Source of the DNA: Utricularia gibba | Taxonomy: Eukaryota; Plantae; Magnoliophyta | NCBI GenBank assembly: GCA_002189035.1 | Contig: NEEC01000002.1 | Location: forward strand, 5,332,001 to 5,396,000 | Length of the DNA: 64,000 nucleotides | Reading direction: 5' to 3' | Shown: positions 35,132 through 48,717 of the stretch, in pieces | Position numbering within the stretch: the first letter of the stretch is position 1 | How the letters are laid out: every line of letters begins with the position of its first letter | Notes under the pieces: generated by a model | Told to the model about the DNA's origin: nothing | What the model saw: the letters and a program-made list of their open reading frames with translations, nothing else | Databases searched by the model: none | Program-made: the position numbers and the translations under genes

Positions 35132-38100
35132 CTAATATTTTTGTTAGTTTTGTTTAAGTTCTAATAGGCATGAACATGTGGCAGGAGGTGTGAGAAAGGA
35201 AGCAGTAGATGGTGACAAAATAGATCTTCCCGAATTGACATTTCCTTGATTTTCGGAAGACTGTAGACATCTAATGATGAGCCTTCACATGCAGTAGACA
35301 GAAATCTCTGACAGATGAAATTATTAGTGTACCAGTGTCAGAGCAGGAACATTCTTACAAGTCACTCCAGTCCAACAGAATTAGAGAAACATGGAAACTT
35401 AGACAAAGTAGTTAAGTTTAGTTCATTAAGATGTGAATTCAAGTTTTTAGTTTAAACTTTGTTCATCTCTCTAGATCTTTGCTTTCGTTTTCCTTAGTTT
35501 GTATGGCCATGTGTGATTAGAAACTTTCATTTCTAGGTTGGGAGACTCCCAGTTCAACTTTTCGTTAATTAATCTCGATTTCTTCTTTGAATACGATTGG
35601 GTTTCATATGCCTTTGTGTAATTATATTATAGTCTTTCTATAACAATTCCCTTATTCAAGATTCATGATGACTACCTACGAGTTTTGAAAATGAGTAAGA
35701 TGAAAAGCTATAACTCATGCTCTTTTCGTAGGAGAGATACAACGTTTGTCTATAGTTGTACTTCAGAATCAATGGACAGATAGTGACCTTGTATTTGGAC
35801 TCATTGGGTCATTGGCAACACTCGGACACATGCACGCAATTCGATCATAAGAGTATGATGGCAGGACCTCTTATCTTCATGTTTGTCTAAGGAGGAGCAA
35901 CATCAAGCTATTCTCGTACCTTCTTGCAAGAGAGTGTAAGGGAGGGTAGACAATTCCTTACTCCTATAACCAAGTACTCAAAAAGATCATAGAAAAGTGG
36001 AGATGCGAAGACGTAGCTGAGCAAGATTCCAATCCCATGAACATTCTCTTATTTAAGGTTCATTAAGTTTACTTTCGTTGTTTGTTTACAACCCCCTTGC
36101 TTCCTTACTCAAGCTTCATCACTTACGTTTTTTTGCATATTTTACTTTACAAAACCATTTACAAATCGTGACAATTGTATTTTGTTGTCACTTCACCTTT
36201 TATTGAAAAATAGCTCCCTATGTTCAACACTTGTACTACGCATTTTTTACGAGTTTTAAAAATATTTAAAATTTTTTGTGTAAATGAAAAGCATCAAATT
36301 TTTAGCGTTGTTTTCAGGGAGTTGAAGTTTTTTTGTGAGTTTCTTTTTTTTCTTTTTTTTAGTTTTCTTTTCTTTTTTTTCTTTTCTTTTTCTTTCTTCT
36401 TTTTCTTTCTTTTCCTTGTTTCTTTTCTTGTTTCCATTTTGCTCGGCTTTTCTTTTTTTTAAGTTGCCAACTCCACCGAGGGTTTGTCCAAGTCTGAGAT
36501 CTTACCGAAAAGTTCTATATCATTTAGACCAAGAGGTCGAATGAATCTTTCTTTCTAAAAAGAGGGAGCAAACATCTTGTTCAACCACTAGAAATACCAT
36601 GGTAGCACATGTATCCGTTGGAGTACCAGTAGTGCCTGAGACCCAGGGAGAATTGCCCCCGAAAACTTCCCAATACTGTCTCCCACTAACCGTGAACCAG
36701 CATTACGGACCATCAAGGAAGAAATCATTGCGAATCATTCATACCATCCCTAATGCATCTGGAGAAGAAGACTATGAGCTACGTCCCTACTTATTCCAAA
36801 CACTTCCGAAGTTTGCTAGAAGGGAAAATGATGATCCTAATCGTCACCTACGTGAGTTTCACAAGGCTTGTGCATCCATGTGTCTCAAGGGAGCTACGGA
36901 AAATCAGGTCAAGCTTAGGGTGTTTCCCTTCAATCTTTAGAGTGGCTTTATGGACTTCCCCCATCTTCTATCGCCACATGGGAGCAAATGGTTCAAATAT
37001 TTTTGGATCGATATGCACCACTAGAAAGAGTTTCAACCGAAAGGAGAGCCTTGACAACCATTATGCAAAGTAAGAGAGAAAACTTGCAAGAGTATTATGA
37101 TAGTTTCAACCAAATTTGCAACTCCTACTCTCAACATGGACTCACTGAAGGCCAAATCCTACAGCACTTTTGTGAAGGATTGACTCCTATGATCCATGGA
37201 TGGATGGATGCTGCTTGTAATGGATCATTATTAGAGAACCGTCACAATACTGATGCCCAGAGAATCATTGAACAAGTAGCTGCTAATTTCTATTCTACTA
37301 CCAATCGTTATGATAACTTCTATAGACCACCTGGAGGAAATGTTGGAACAATAAAAGCAATCTATGGAGTAGACAACTCAGAAGTATTGGCTCAACTTGC
37401 AGCAATGAGTGACACGTTAAAGTTTGGTCTTCATGCCTTACTTCAACAAAAGGAAGGATATCAAAGAGCTTCAAGCTCAACGCCATCTCACATTGACTCA
37501 GGACCAAGACTTCATGAAATGCCAATGGAAGAAGTCAATGCCTTTTATTAGAACCAAGGAGGGACGTATAACTATGGAAATTATCAAATACCGTGAAAAG
37601 ACCATCCTTGTTTTCACTGGAGACAGCCAACACCTCTTAGTCAAGCACCATCATTAGGGAACCCACGTGGCATACTTCAAAAGACTATCACTGAACCAAT
37701 TCAACCACTGTAGATAACTTGACCTCTAGAGCAACACATGGTTGCGTATCAACCGAATCATAGTTTGGAGGCCATGGTGAAATCTCTTGTTGAAAGCACC
37801 TCCAAGATGCATGTGGAGCAGAGGGACATGAAGGACCAAATCACAAATAATCAAGGCCAGATTACTCGGCTCGTGCAAGCAATGAATCGTTTAGAAACGA
37901 AGGGAGGATTGCCATCACAGCTGGTGCCGAATCTAGAGCACATCAATGTCATTTCGCTGAGAAGTGGAATGGACCTACCAGACCCTTATCCATGATTCAT
38001 AGATAGTGATTTTGAGGTCGACAAAGAGATCATTTGTGAGAATTCTGATGACTCACCAGTCCACAGCACTATTGTCCCAAAGTCAATTGAAAATGTTAAG

Positions 38101-38999
38101 GAGAAGGAGGCAAGTGAAGTTCTTCATACCAAGCCATTGGTCATACCGCCACCCTTTCAGATGAGACTTCGAAGAAGGAACAAGGATAAGAAAAGATTGA
38201 AAATTTTTATAGAGATGATGAAGAAAGTAAATATTTCTATTCCTTTTCTTGATATGATTGAACATGTCCCCAAAGATGCCAAGTTACTGAACCCAAAAAA
38301 GAAAGTAAAGGTTGAACAAAAAGTAATCCCTGTGACTGAAAACATTTCAGCCATCATTCAAAGATGAATACTACATAAATGTAAGGATTCTGATATGTTC
38401 TCAATTCCCATTAACATTGGAAATACAAAGATTTCAGTAGTTATGTGTGATCTTGGTGCCTCAATCAATGTTATGCCTAGATCTCTATATTTGACTCTTG
38501 CATCTAAGTTAGGAAAACTGGAATCGACTAATGTTGTACGCCAATTAGCAGACAAATCAAAAGTTACACCATATGGTACGATTGGGGATATTTTTATTCA
38601 TGTTAAGGATTTAGTTTTTCAAACTGACTTTTTGGTTATTCATATGGAAAGTGACAACACTAAGGTTTTGGACTCCATCATTTTGGGACGACCATTCATG
38701 GCTACTACGGGTACAAAGATTGATGTTCAAGTAGGCACCATCAGTTTTCTATTCAATGGACTTCAGTCTTGACAATGCCATGAAGCATCTTGATGAGATC
38801 AGTGTGATACACGCAATTTCCATATGCGAAATTGATACTGATCACTACATGACGATCCATGAGCAAGAGCCCAAATCTGAATCAAACATTGAAATTTCTC
38901 AATCTAAAGATTTTTTTCTTGCTGATCTTAAAGTGTTCCATCATTCAAACGATCCGCTTGATGAACTTGATGTTTAAGATATTTCTTTTCTTAGTCTCA

Positions 39000-41900
39000 A
39001 AACACCTAGCAATCCACTAATGCCTTCCGTTATTTGAGCACCATCGTTAGAAGGTTATCAACGGAGTGCTTCACGTGTGGATACCAAAGTGGTCGTCTAT
39101 TATTGGCGGTTGGTGAACAACGGAGTCCTCTAAAAGGTATTTTCAGCATCCCTTTATCTGATGTATACCGTATTCCAAGATATGTGTTGGGGGTTTCTCA
39201 AAAAATTTTAAATTCCGTTGCTTTTCTGACATGCGATGTCTACGAGAAACCCAACATCTACACCATTTAGGGGAAGCATCAAACTAGCAGTTAATATCAG
39301 CAAGCAGATTTAAATGTACCAAAGTAGACATATATAATTTAAAATAAAAAAAAATTCTGCACAAGGTTAAGAGACTAAACAAAAGTTGGGCATTTTTATC
39401 TGAAAATCTTTGGGTAACCACATATGTGGGCGCCCAGTCATGGTGAGCAAGAAAATTGGAGAATCGTAGACGACAACAGGAGGAATTGAGGTGTGGGTTA
39501 CAACATGAAGTGGGGTAATGGTCGGCTTTGAAAAAGTAAAGAGGAGGTGGAGTGTAAAATAGTTAAAATAGGAAGTGGGTGCGTAGGGTAGGTGAAAGTA
39601 AAGTTACCTGGAGTAGTGTCAGTTACGAAATTAAAGTCATGGGTTGCCTCCCATAGAGTACCAATTTATAGTCTTTGGCCAACTGTAGTACATTTTAATG
39701 GGCCTTGACTAGCAGTAAGATGCACACACTGTGCAACTTAAATTTCTCATGAAATGGCTTCAATTGATGCTCATTGACCTTAATGCTTTTGCCTATCTCA
39801 AATGAACGAATAACAACAGCACCAAAAGGAAAAATATTAACAACTTCATAAGATCCAAATCACTTAGAACGCAATTTTCCTAGAAAGAGTTTTAAAGTTG
39901 TATCAAACAAGAGAATTTTTTGACCAACTAAAAATTGCTTCTCATGCAACTTGTTGTCATGGAAGCGTTTTACCTTTTCCTTGTACAAGAGCTGGTTAGT
40001 GTAGGCATTGAGGCGAATTTCCTCCAGCTCATTCAAGTACAAAAGTCTGTTCTTTCCAACTTGGTCGCTAGTCAGGTTGCATGACTTGACGACCTAGTAT
40101 GCCCTATAATGTAATTCAAAAGGAAGATCTTATCATAGATCATTCGGTATGGAGACATTCCTATGGGATTCTCGTAAGTTGTACACTATACCCATAGTGC
40201 ATCATTGAGTCTTGAGCTCCAATGTCACCTATTTGGGTTCATGGTATGCTCCAAGATCCTTTTCACCTCTCTATTTGACACAAACAAAAACAACCTTAGA
40301 TTGACCTTCAAGGGCCACAAGTATTTGATGGAAACCGGAATATCCATCTAAGCAGCAGTAGTGGCTCCTTCCAACTAGTCTTTCCAACATCTGGTCGATG
40401 AATGGAAGTGGGAAGTGGTCCTTGGTGGCTATGTTCAGTTTTCGATAATCTACACTGAAAACTACCATGACGGTGATACTTGTTTTCTTCGGGACAACCT
40501 GCAGGCTAACCATCTCAGAATCTCCTTCTTAACTACTTCAATCATTGGAGGGTTCAATCTCCTCTGGGGTTGGCGAATTGGCTTTGTTCCCTCCTTCAAA
40601 TAAATATGATGAGTACATACGAAGGGGCTTAATCCTTTAATATCTACCAATGTCCATCCAATTGCCTGTTTGTGTTCCTGGAGCACATTCTTGAGTTTTT
40701 TCCTCCTATTCCAAGGTTAGCGTACTAGAGATAATAATAGGTAAAGTCTCATTTTCGTCAAGAAATAAATACTTCAAATGCTCAGGAAGAGTTTTTAACA
40801 CTAGTAATGGGGTATGAATAACAGAAGAAATCAGCTATATCTCAGGCATTTCCAAACTCAGAAAAGCAACATCGACATTGGAAAATTCAGATTTTTCAAG
40901 AAAATAATCAAGATAATGTAAAAGTTCAGAATCAAAGTTTTCAGTGAGGCATGAGAGCAAGGGATCTTGCTCATGCAACATCGCTAAGTGTTCTACATCT
41001 TCGTTGATTTGGTCCGGGTACTACATGTCTTTGTCCAGGCTGAAGTCCAGCACCTATCCATCGAGCTGTAGGGAAATTGTGGTGGCTTGGACATCAATTT
41101 TGATGCCTGCAGTAGCCATAAACGGTAGTCCCAAAATGGACTCCGAAATCATGGGATTTTCACTCTCCATGGGAATAACTAAAAATTCTGCACGAAAAAT
41201 CAAATCTTTAACATGTACGAGCACATCATCAACTCTACCATCAGGCTTCACATGTGATCTATCAGCTAATTGACAAACAACACTAGTAGGCTCAAGTTTA
41301 CTTAGCTTAGATGCAAAAGAAAGATAAAAGGACCCAAGCATAACATTAACCGATACTTCTAAATCACACATGGCAACTGAAGTTTTTGCTTCACCAATAG
41401 TAACATGTATGGAAAACATACCTAGATCCTTACACTTTTTTGGAATTCGCCTTTGAATAATTGCTGAAATATTTTTAGTCAAAGTTATTACCTCTTCCAC
41501 TTTCACGTCAGCCTTCTTCATCACCTCCATAAAAGATTTCAGTCCACGTTTGTCCTTACTCTTCCTTCGAAGTCTCATAGGAAAAGGAGGTGGAATGACT
41601 AAAGACATGGGTTGATCAATTTCTTGCATCTCCTTCTTCTTCACTTCTTTAGGTGGCATCAACACAGCAATGTTATGGACTGGAGAGCCATCAGGATTCT
41701 CTAAAATAATCTCTTCATCTACGTCATCATCGATATCCAAGACTTCTAGTTCTTTTTTGTTAGATCTTTCCACCTTATTCATGAACCCTGGGTAAGGGTT
41801 CGGAAGATCCTTCCCACTTAATGATATCGTGTTGATGTGCTCTGGGTTGTTCACTAGCTAGGATGGCAGTGCTTCTTGCGTCTCCAGTCGGTTCATGGCT

Positions 41901-44670
41901 TGCACCAGCTGGGTGATTTAAGTTTGCATGTTTGTAATTCGTCCATCTATGTCTTTTTGCACAGCATGCATTTTGGTGGTGCTCTTGGCAAGGGACTTCA
42001 ACATGGACTCTAGATTATGATTTGGCTGATAAGGAACAAGAGATTGATCTGGAACTCCAGTAATCTACAAAGGCTGAGGCAGAGTAGTGAGAGTTTTCGG
42101 AGGAACAGTAGAAGAGTTCCCCAGTGATGGGGCTTGATTAGGAGGCATTGGTTGTCTCCAGCGAAAACCAGGGTGATCTCTTCTCGACATCTGGTAGTTG
42201 CATTCACCTCTTCTACTAACATCTCATGTATCATAGGTCCTAGATCATAATGATGAGAGGTTGAAGATCTTTGATATCTTTCTTGTTGGAGAAGTGATTG
42301 TAAGCCAAGTTTCAATGTATCACTCATAGTAGCAAGTTGAGCTAAAACTTCAGAATTGTCCACTTCATGCATTGATTTTACAAGTTTCAATGGTCGGTAT
42401 GAGTGATCATATCGGCTGGAAGTAGAATAAGAATTAGCAGCTATTTATTCTATCAATCTTCGTTCGTTAGTAATGACCCATTACAAGTGGCATCCATTTG
42501 TCCTCTGATCATGGGGGTCAGTCCTTCATAAAAATACTACAAAATTTGACCTTCAGTAAGTCCATGCTGTAGATAAGAATTACAAATCCGATTGAATTTG
42601 TCATAATATTCCTATAAATACTCTCCTTCACTTTGTAGCATGTTGGCTAAAGCTCTTCTTCACACGGAGTCTCTCCCTAGGGGTGCATATTGATTAAGAA
42701 ACTTTTGAACCATTTGCTCCTAAATAGCAATAGACGATGATGGTAGTCCATATAGCCACTCCAAGGCTCACTCAATGAGACTAAAAGGGAAGACCCGCAG
42801 CTTGACTTGATTCTCCATTGCACCTTTTGGATGCATGGATGCACAAGTTGTGTGCAACTCTCTAAGATGATGATTTGGGACGTCATTCTCTCTCCCAGCG
42901 AACTTAGGAAGTGTCTGGAACAGATATGGGCGTAGCTCAGAGTCCTCTTCCACGTCAAAGATGATAAAAGTGGTCGGTCAGCATGGTTGGCAGTGATTTC
43001 TTCTTTTATGATACATAGTGCTGGGCTATGATTAGCAATCGGTAGAACTGGAAAAATTTGAGGATGTTGTTGCTCCTATTCTCCGTGAACAATGGGAACT
43101 TCAGTGGGTGGTTGAGCAACCATTTCTTCGTCAGCAGATGAACTAGAATTAATTCTCACTTTTTCACCAGAAATGTGTGCTCAATCTCCGAATCTAAGGA
43201 ACACAAGATTCTTTGGAATGATCTCAAGCTTCAGTGACCCTTTTGCGGAGTTGAGTGTATAAAAATAGAGAAAAATAGTAGTAAAACAGAAACAAAAGAA
43301 AAACAAGAAAAGAGAAGGAAAAAGAAAAGAAAAAGAAAAATTATATACAACACTAAACACAAAATTACAAAACTCCCCGAAAACAGTGCCAAAAATTTGT
43401 TGTATGTTGTTTACTCAACAAATTTTAATTTAGAAAAACATAGAACACGAAAGAGTGTAGTATGAGTGTCAATCTCAGAGAGTTGAGTTTTGCAAAAAGT
43501 GTTTTGTAAGAAACTTTTAAAAATTGTTACGGGTTTGTAAAAGGGGGTTTTTTGAAGTACAGAAATAAAAGTTACAATGCAAGTAATGCACTTTGACTAC
43601 GAGACAGAATTCATGGGAGATGGACTATGTTTCCTCCTTTTGTCTATCCTTGCCTTGGATTTCACTGATTTCTTCTAAATAGCTGGTTATAGGAGTAAGG
43701 AATAGTCTACTCTCCCTTACACTCTGATTGACAAGAAGGCACGGGAATAGCCTCATGTAGTGCTCCCTTGGACGATTGAGAAGACAAGAGGATTGCCATC
43801 GATTGCCTTCAAAACCAAATTCTGCGCATGTGCCTAGCTAATGCCATTGACCAGTGGTGAGTAAGAGGTCACTACTCGTCCACTGTCGTGGTACCTCGAT
43901 CACGAACAATTCGCTACTTCCCTCGAACCAGTAGGGTTGGAGTTGGTGCTTTTCACCTTGATCTTCATCAAAATCTACAAGAAGTGGCTTGCCACTCATG
44001 AACTATGATTAGGAGTCGTTACAAAAAGACTGCAATAAGATACAATGAAGTATGCAAAATCCGGAATGAATTCAGCAAAGAATCGAGTTTAATGCTCAAG
44101 ACTTGTAAGGAAACTAAAGAGTTTAGCCACGAATGGCCATAAAAACAAAAAACGAAATTGGAAAGCTAAAGTGTTCTTTCTCCCTTGGAAGACATGAAGA
44201 ACCCAAAAGTTCTAAATCTAAGAACAAAGTACGAAAAAAGTTTGAAAGAGATTGTTCCAAGTTGGTTTTATCTCACTCCCCACATACATTAACTATTTTC
44301 TGTCTTGCGTGCACCACCAGTTTTTCCATGCATGCAAGTAAGTGTTCAATCATTGCAACAAACTCTATAATGTCGTAAGTCAGGGACCTTGATTAGTGTC
44401 AGTCTTCCACCCACAATTGTTCCAAGTCACATGCAAGACACAAAAAGTCGGAGTCTCGTCTCTAGGAAATCTCTTGCAACAGTCCACACTACCTCTTGCT
44501 GCATTTCGGTCAAAGTGATGAAAAAGAAAATGAAAATATATACAAAATAGAAAATTAAGATTTTTCTAAGAAAATAGAATACTTATCAATATAAATCCTA
44601 AATTGGGCAATTTAATACTAAATTAACACATAATAATTCATAATAATTAACTAGAAAATGACACTTTACA
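39000..44670 (-). mobile_element. Athila-like Gypsy element 2 (5' LTR 43398-44670, PBS, gag, protease, deleted RT, integrase C-half; 3' LTR missing)
   Basis: LTR TGTAAAGTGTCATTTTCT...ACAACA, then PBS TTTTTGGCACTGTTTCGGGGA (~43376-43396). gag 42000-42960; protease AMCDLEVSVNVM (41054-41854); RT pieces IGWTLVDIKGLSP and VDYRKLN...DHFPLPFIDQMLERL...LDGYSGF; integrase end LNELEEIRLNAY...GKLRSK. The left boundary is approximate. Confidence 0.85.
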
Positions 44671-47236
44671 ATTTTCGGTTAGCTTTTGATACTTTGAAGG
44701 AAAAACTTGTTTCAGCTCCTACCATTCAGGCACCTAACTAGAATTTGCCTTTTGAGCTAATTTATGATACTAGTGATGTAGCATTAGGAGCGATCTTTGG
44801 AAAAAAGTTATAGATGACATCACATGTGATCCACTACACCTCAAATTGCCTGGATGATGCACAGAGGAATTACATGACAATAGAGAAGGAGCTTTTGAGC
44901 ATCATGTTTGTGTTGGAAAAATTCAGACCCTACTTGCTTGAAGCCAAGATCATTGTTTACTCTGATCATGTAGCATTGAAGTACCTCCTCAACAAAAAGG
45001 ATTCAAAATCTCATCTTATCCAATGGATTTTATTGCTCCTGGAGTTCGACATAGAAATCCAAGATAAGAAGGGATGTGAGAATTTAGTTGCAAATCACCT
45101 TAGCTGCATCACCTCTGGAGAAGCATCCAACCCCATTATATTCATAATGGAAGTCCTTGGTACGTAGACATTGTGAATTTTCTTGTAATAGGATATTTCT
45201 CGGATGACTTACAGCATCATCAGAAGGAGAAGTTGCGGAGTGATAGCTTGCACTAAATTTGAGACGACCCATACTTGCGGAAGATTGAGCCTAACCAAAT
45301 CCTTCATTGATCCATCCACTCAAGGTGAAGTGAACTTTATTTTTACTCATTGTCATGTATTTCCTTATGGGGGTCATTTTGGTCCAAAGGTCACAGCTAA
45401 CAAAGTCTTAGAGGCTGGCTTCTATTGACCCACTCTTCTTCGAAATGCATACCTTCATTGCAAGGCATGCCCTAATTGTCAAAGAGGTGCAGACATAGGT
45501 TTCTGGGACTAAATGCCACTTCAACCTATTGTGATGTGCAAGATTTTCGATGCATGGTGTATGGACTTCATGGGACCTTTCCCTTCATCAACGAGAAAGA
45601 TCTATATCCTTCTTGCTGTTGAATATGTTTCTAAGTGGGTTGAAGTCATGGCATGTGAGAAAGATGACGTTAGGAGTGTGAGTTATTTCTAGTCACTCAT
45701 AAGGACTATGCTTACAAAATTTGGAGTTCATCATTATCTTTCTACAACTAGGCATCCTCAGACCAATGGGCAGGCCGAGAACTCGAATCGAGAGATCAAA
45801 TGCATTCTAGAATGCACAGTGAATCCAAATAGAAGAGGCTAGAGTCTTAGATTAAATGATGCGTTGTGGGCCTACCGTACAACTTATAAAAATCCTATTG
45901 AAATGCCTTCTTTTTGCATGATCTTTGTAGTCTTGCCATCTCCTAGTGGAGATTCATCACAAATTGTACTAGACCATCAAAGCATGCAACATGATTAGTC
46001 ATCAACCTAGAGAAAAGAGATTGTTAGATTTGAATGAACTAAAAGAAATCCACTTGAATGTCTACTCCAATCACTTAATCTACAAAGAGAAGGTAAAATA
46101 CTTCCATGACAGCAGCATGAGAAGACATTTCGAGTTGGTCATAAAGTTCTTTTATAGGACATACTTTGAAATTTTTTTCTGGAAAATTGAGATCCAAATG
46201 GCAAGGCCCTTATGAAATTTCATATGTTTGCCCTTTTAGTGCTGTCATTATATGTTCTTATGAGATAGAGAAATGTTTCAAGGTCAATGGCCATAGGTTG
46301 AAACCACATTATGAGAACTTTCAGCTACAAATAGTCTGTTGTTTGCTCTTATTCAAGGATCATTAGTAGCGTACCAAGTCGGTCAACAACTTTAAATTGA
46401 TGCTGCATGGGAGGCAACTTGTGGCTTAGTTCTCTCTTTCTTCCTTTACTTTTTTTTTTATGTTGTAGGTTTTCCAAGATTCGTTTGGGATTACACGCTA
46501 TCATGCACATCATTCTTGAAAGATATTGATTATTTTTCCTTTCCCTCCATGATTTCTTCCTTTTCCGAGGCAGCTTTTTCGGGCCGATATCCAATCTCAT
46601 AGACTTCCCCTTTTCTTGCTTCATCAAGATACCTCTTCCTTGCCTTTCCGGACTCGTCGATTTTGATGCCTCCCGACACCACATGGATTATGATGCCTTG
46701 CGGGGAACTTTGGATACCGATTTACGTCATTACCCAAATGATCATTGTGGTCTCTCTTGCCTATCGGACCTATCTACTAGATTCCAAACCGCCCTGATTG
46801 TTATTCCACTCGCATGATATTGCTCGATCATTCTTTTCATAACTCGATAGTCTACAGTGTCGTATCTTGCTGTTTTGTGTATCTTGTAATAGGTGCTCGC
46901 TATCGGTGGTTCAACTTGATACACCTCACAGCACTTGTTCGATCAAATGACCTGACTAGGTTGTTCCTCCCACTGCAAGGTTGGCTGAATGTCCACACGA
47001 CTCTTCATTTCGACCCTAAGGTCATCATTAACCTGAATATACTTCATGATTTTTCTCAAGAGTTCTCCTAGATTTTTTGGTGGTGACTTTGATAAAATCT
47101 ACCCCAATTTTGAGGTCCCTAGGGCTCGTTTCGTTATCTCTCCTCGTTCCTTTAAATCTAGTTGTACGTCTTGTGCTAGGGAGTTGAAGCGGTCGATAAA
47201 CTTTCTTAGACTTTCCTTGCAATGGTCATACCAAAT

Positions 47237-47785
47237 TTAGTATAAGGGTGCCTTAGATGGTGGGGCCTCAATGCTAACACCATATCGGGTTGTAGAGAGT
47301 AACACCCACTCTTGGTAAGATTTCACGTTGCAAGGCTCCAATTGTTTGAAGCAAGTCTTTGCTTCTCTTTGAAGTGAGTAAGCAAAAAGTTTACATTTCA
47401 TGGCCTCAGTGTGCCGAACCATCACCATTCTCATGTCGAAATCGGTCAAGTGAGATAAGAGATCCCCTTTTCCATCATACGTTGATAGCCCGTCAGGGAT
47501 CCTGAATCCCCTTTCTAGTTCTTCCCCAATCAGTTCGTGTGAGAAGGAGTCAAAGCACAGTGATAGGGTTCTTGATAATCCTTCAACTCTACTTTTCAAG
47601 GCCAAGTTGATATCAGTCAAAACATCCCCTCTCCCTATGCGCACATTTTGCTCAAAAGCATCTTTGAACCTATATGCCTCTCGGGGTGCTTTGGTAGTAG
47701 GGCAGCCAATTTCTCTCTTCCTCAATTGAAGTTCTTCTAGCTCTCTCTTCAACTCATCCTCTCTCTTCTCCAAGATATCCTTCAT
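47237..47785 (-). pseudogene. Tat-type gag fragment
   Basis: GFRIPDGLSTYDGKGDLLSHLTDF...AMKCKLFAYSLQREAKTCFKQLEPCNVKSY is a Retrotrans_gag pattern of the Tat/Ogre type. Confidence 0.8.
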
Positions 47786-48156
47786 TCTCCCCTTCCGGTC
47801 TAAACTTCACCTCTTCCTCCACCTCTGGTCTACTTCAGTTTCTGACTCCATCTTTATCTCTTGGAGATATTCTTGTTCCACCGGCTCTTTACTGAGCCAA
47901 CGTGCCATTTCTGGGCTTTCTTCCTGTGCATTCGAATTTAGCCACAAGGATGACTTGTCTGAGAAGATCTCTATCATCAGGGTCTTCATTTGTTCCTGGT
48001 TTATAACCATTAGATTGAGGTCTTGCACGTCGGTGCTTCATACATTGCTGGAGTTGAAAGTGGTGTTGTTATCTGCCATGGTGAAGGTTTAATAGGTAGT
48101 TTTTTGCGAATTTCTCGAGCGGGAGGATAGGTCTTGCCCCACGGTGGGTGCCAAAA

Positions 48157-48717
48157 TGTTGTGGGAAAAAATTGGTTTTGTTGGACTTGACCAATTTTTG
48201 GGTTGCAAATTGGGATTGATAAAGTTCGATTTGGAATACACCGATTTTTGGGTCAATGTTAGGGGCGAAAGAAATAAAAAGACACAAGGATTTTTATGTG
48301 AAAATTGTCAAGAGATGAAAAAACTATGGAGCTGTCGGGGCTCGCCGAAAAAGTGGGTTTTACTAATGGTAGAGGAGTGAATGATACAAGTTCAAAATGT
48401 AGAGAATTCAATCTTTTATTCTTCAAACTTCCTTATATTTATAGGAAGAACTGATCCAATCGAATTCTATAGGTGTCGACTACTTTCTATGCATGGTACC
48501 CGTACTGTGGTTCTGCTAACAGATAACTGCCGATTGCTCTGACACTCCTGTAATTTGGCTACTTTTTAGACTGCCAAAACGGCCATCGCGATGCAATTAT
48601 GACACTTATCGTACAGGCGGCCAGAGCATATCTGAGATCTCCTTCCAGCCGATTTCGGCGAGTATGACCGATTTGATTATCCCCGATTCATTAATTTATA
48701 AATCTCTCTTCTACACA
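48157..48717 (-). repeat. Tat-type LTR (5' LTR, next to PBS)
   Basis: TG...CA termini (TGTTGTGGG...CTACACA on the plus strand). The PBS is immediately inside, and the outer edge abuts Harbinger transposase codons GIL. Confidence 0.85.

Larger units (their letters stand above)
33891..47000 (+). mobile_element. Athila-like Gypsy element 1 (5' LTR 33891-36296 interrupted by a solo LTR; gag-protease 36600-38970; RNase H-integrase 44690-46366; 3' LTR missing)
   Basis: The LTR starts T(A)TTAAGTGTCATTTT and ends ...GCATCA at 36296, followed by a degenerate Athila PBS TTTTTAGCGTTGTTTTCAGGGAG. gag ELRPYLFQTLPKF...VKLRVFPF; protease VMCDLGASINVMP...ILGRPFMAT; RNase [19 protein letters not shown]; integrase GGHFGPKVTANKVLEAGFY, DFMGPFPSS and GKLRSKWQGPY. 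Joining the two plus-strand halves into one element is inference. Confidence 0.72.
33088..48717 (-). mobile_element. Ty3/Gypsy Tat-lineage LTR retrotransposon remnant, hosting nested Athila elements
   Basis: Direct repeats at 33088-33627 and 48157-48717 (LTRs, visibly diverged). PBS TGGCACCCACCGTGGGGC on the minus strand at 48136-48153, adjacent to the right LTR. Tat-type gag at 47237-47785. pol not found and no clean TSD. Confidence 0.7.

Noticed and set aside
36220-36544. Phe-rich ORFs resembling membrane proteins
   Set aside because: Translation of the T/C-rich untranslated leader following the Athila PBS; the equivalent tract occurs at 43260-43350 in element 2.
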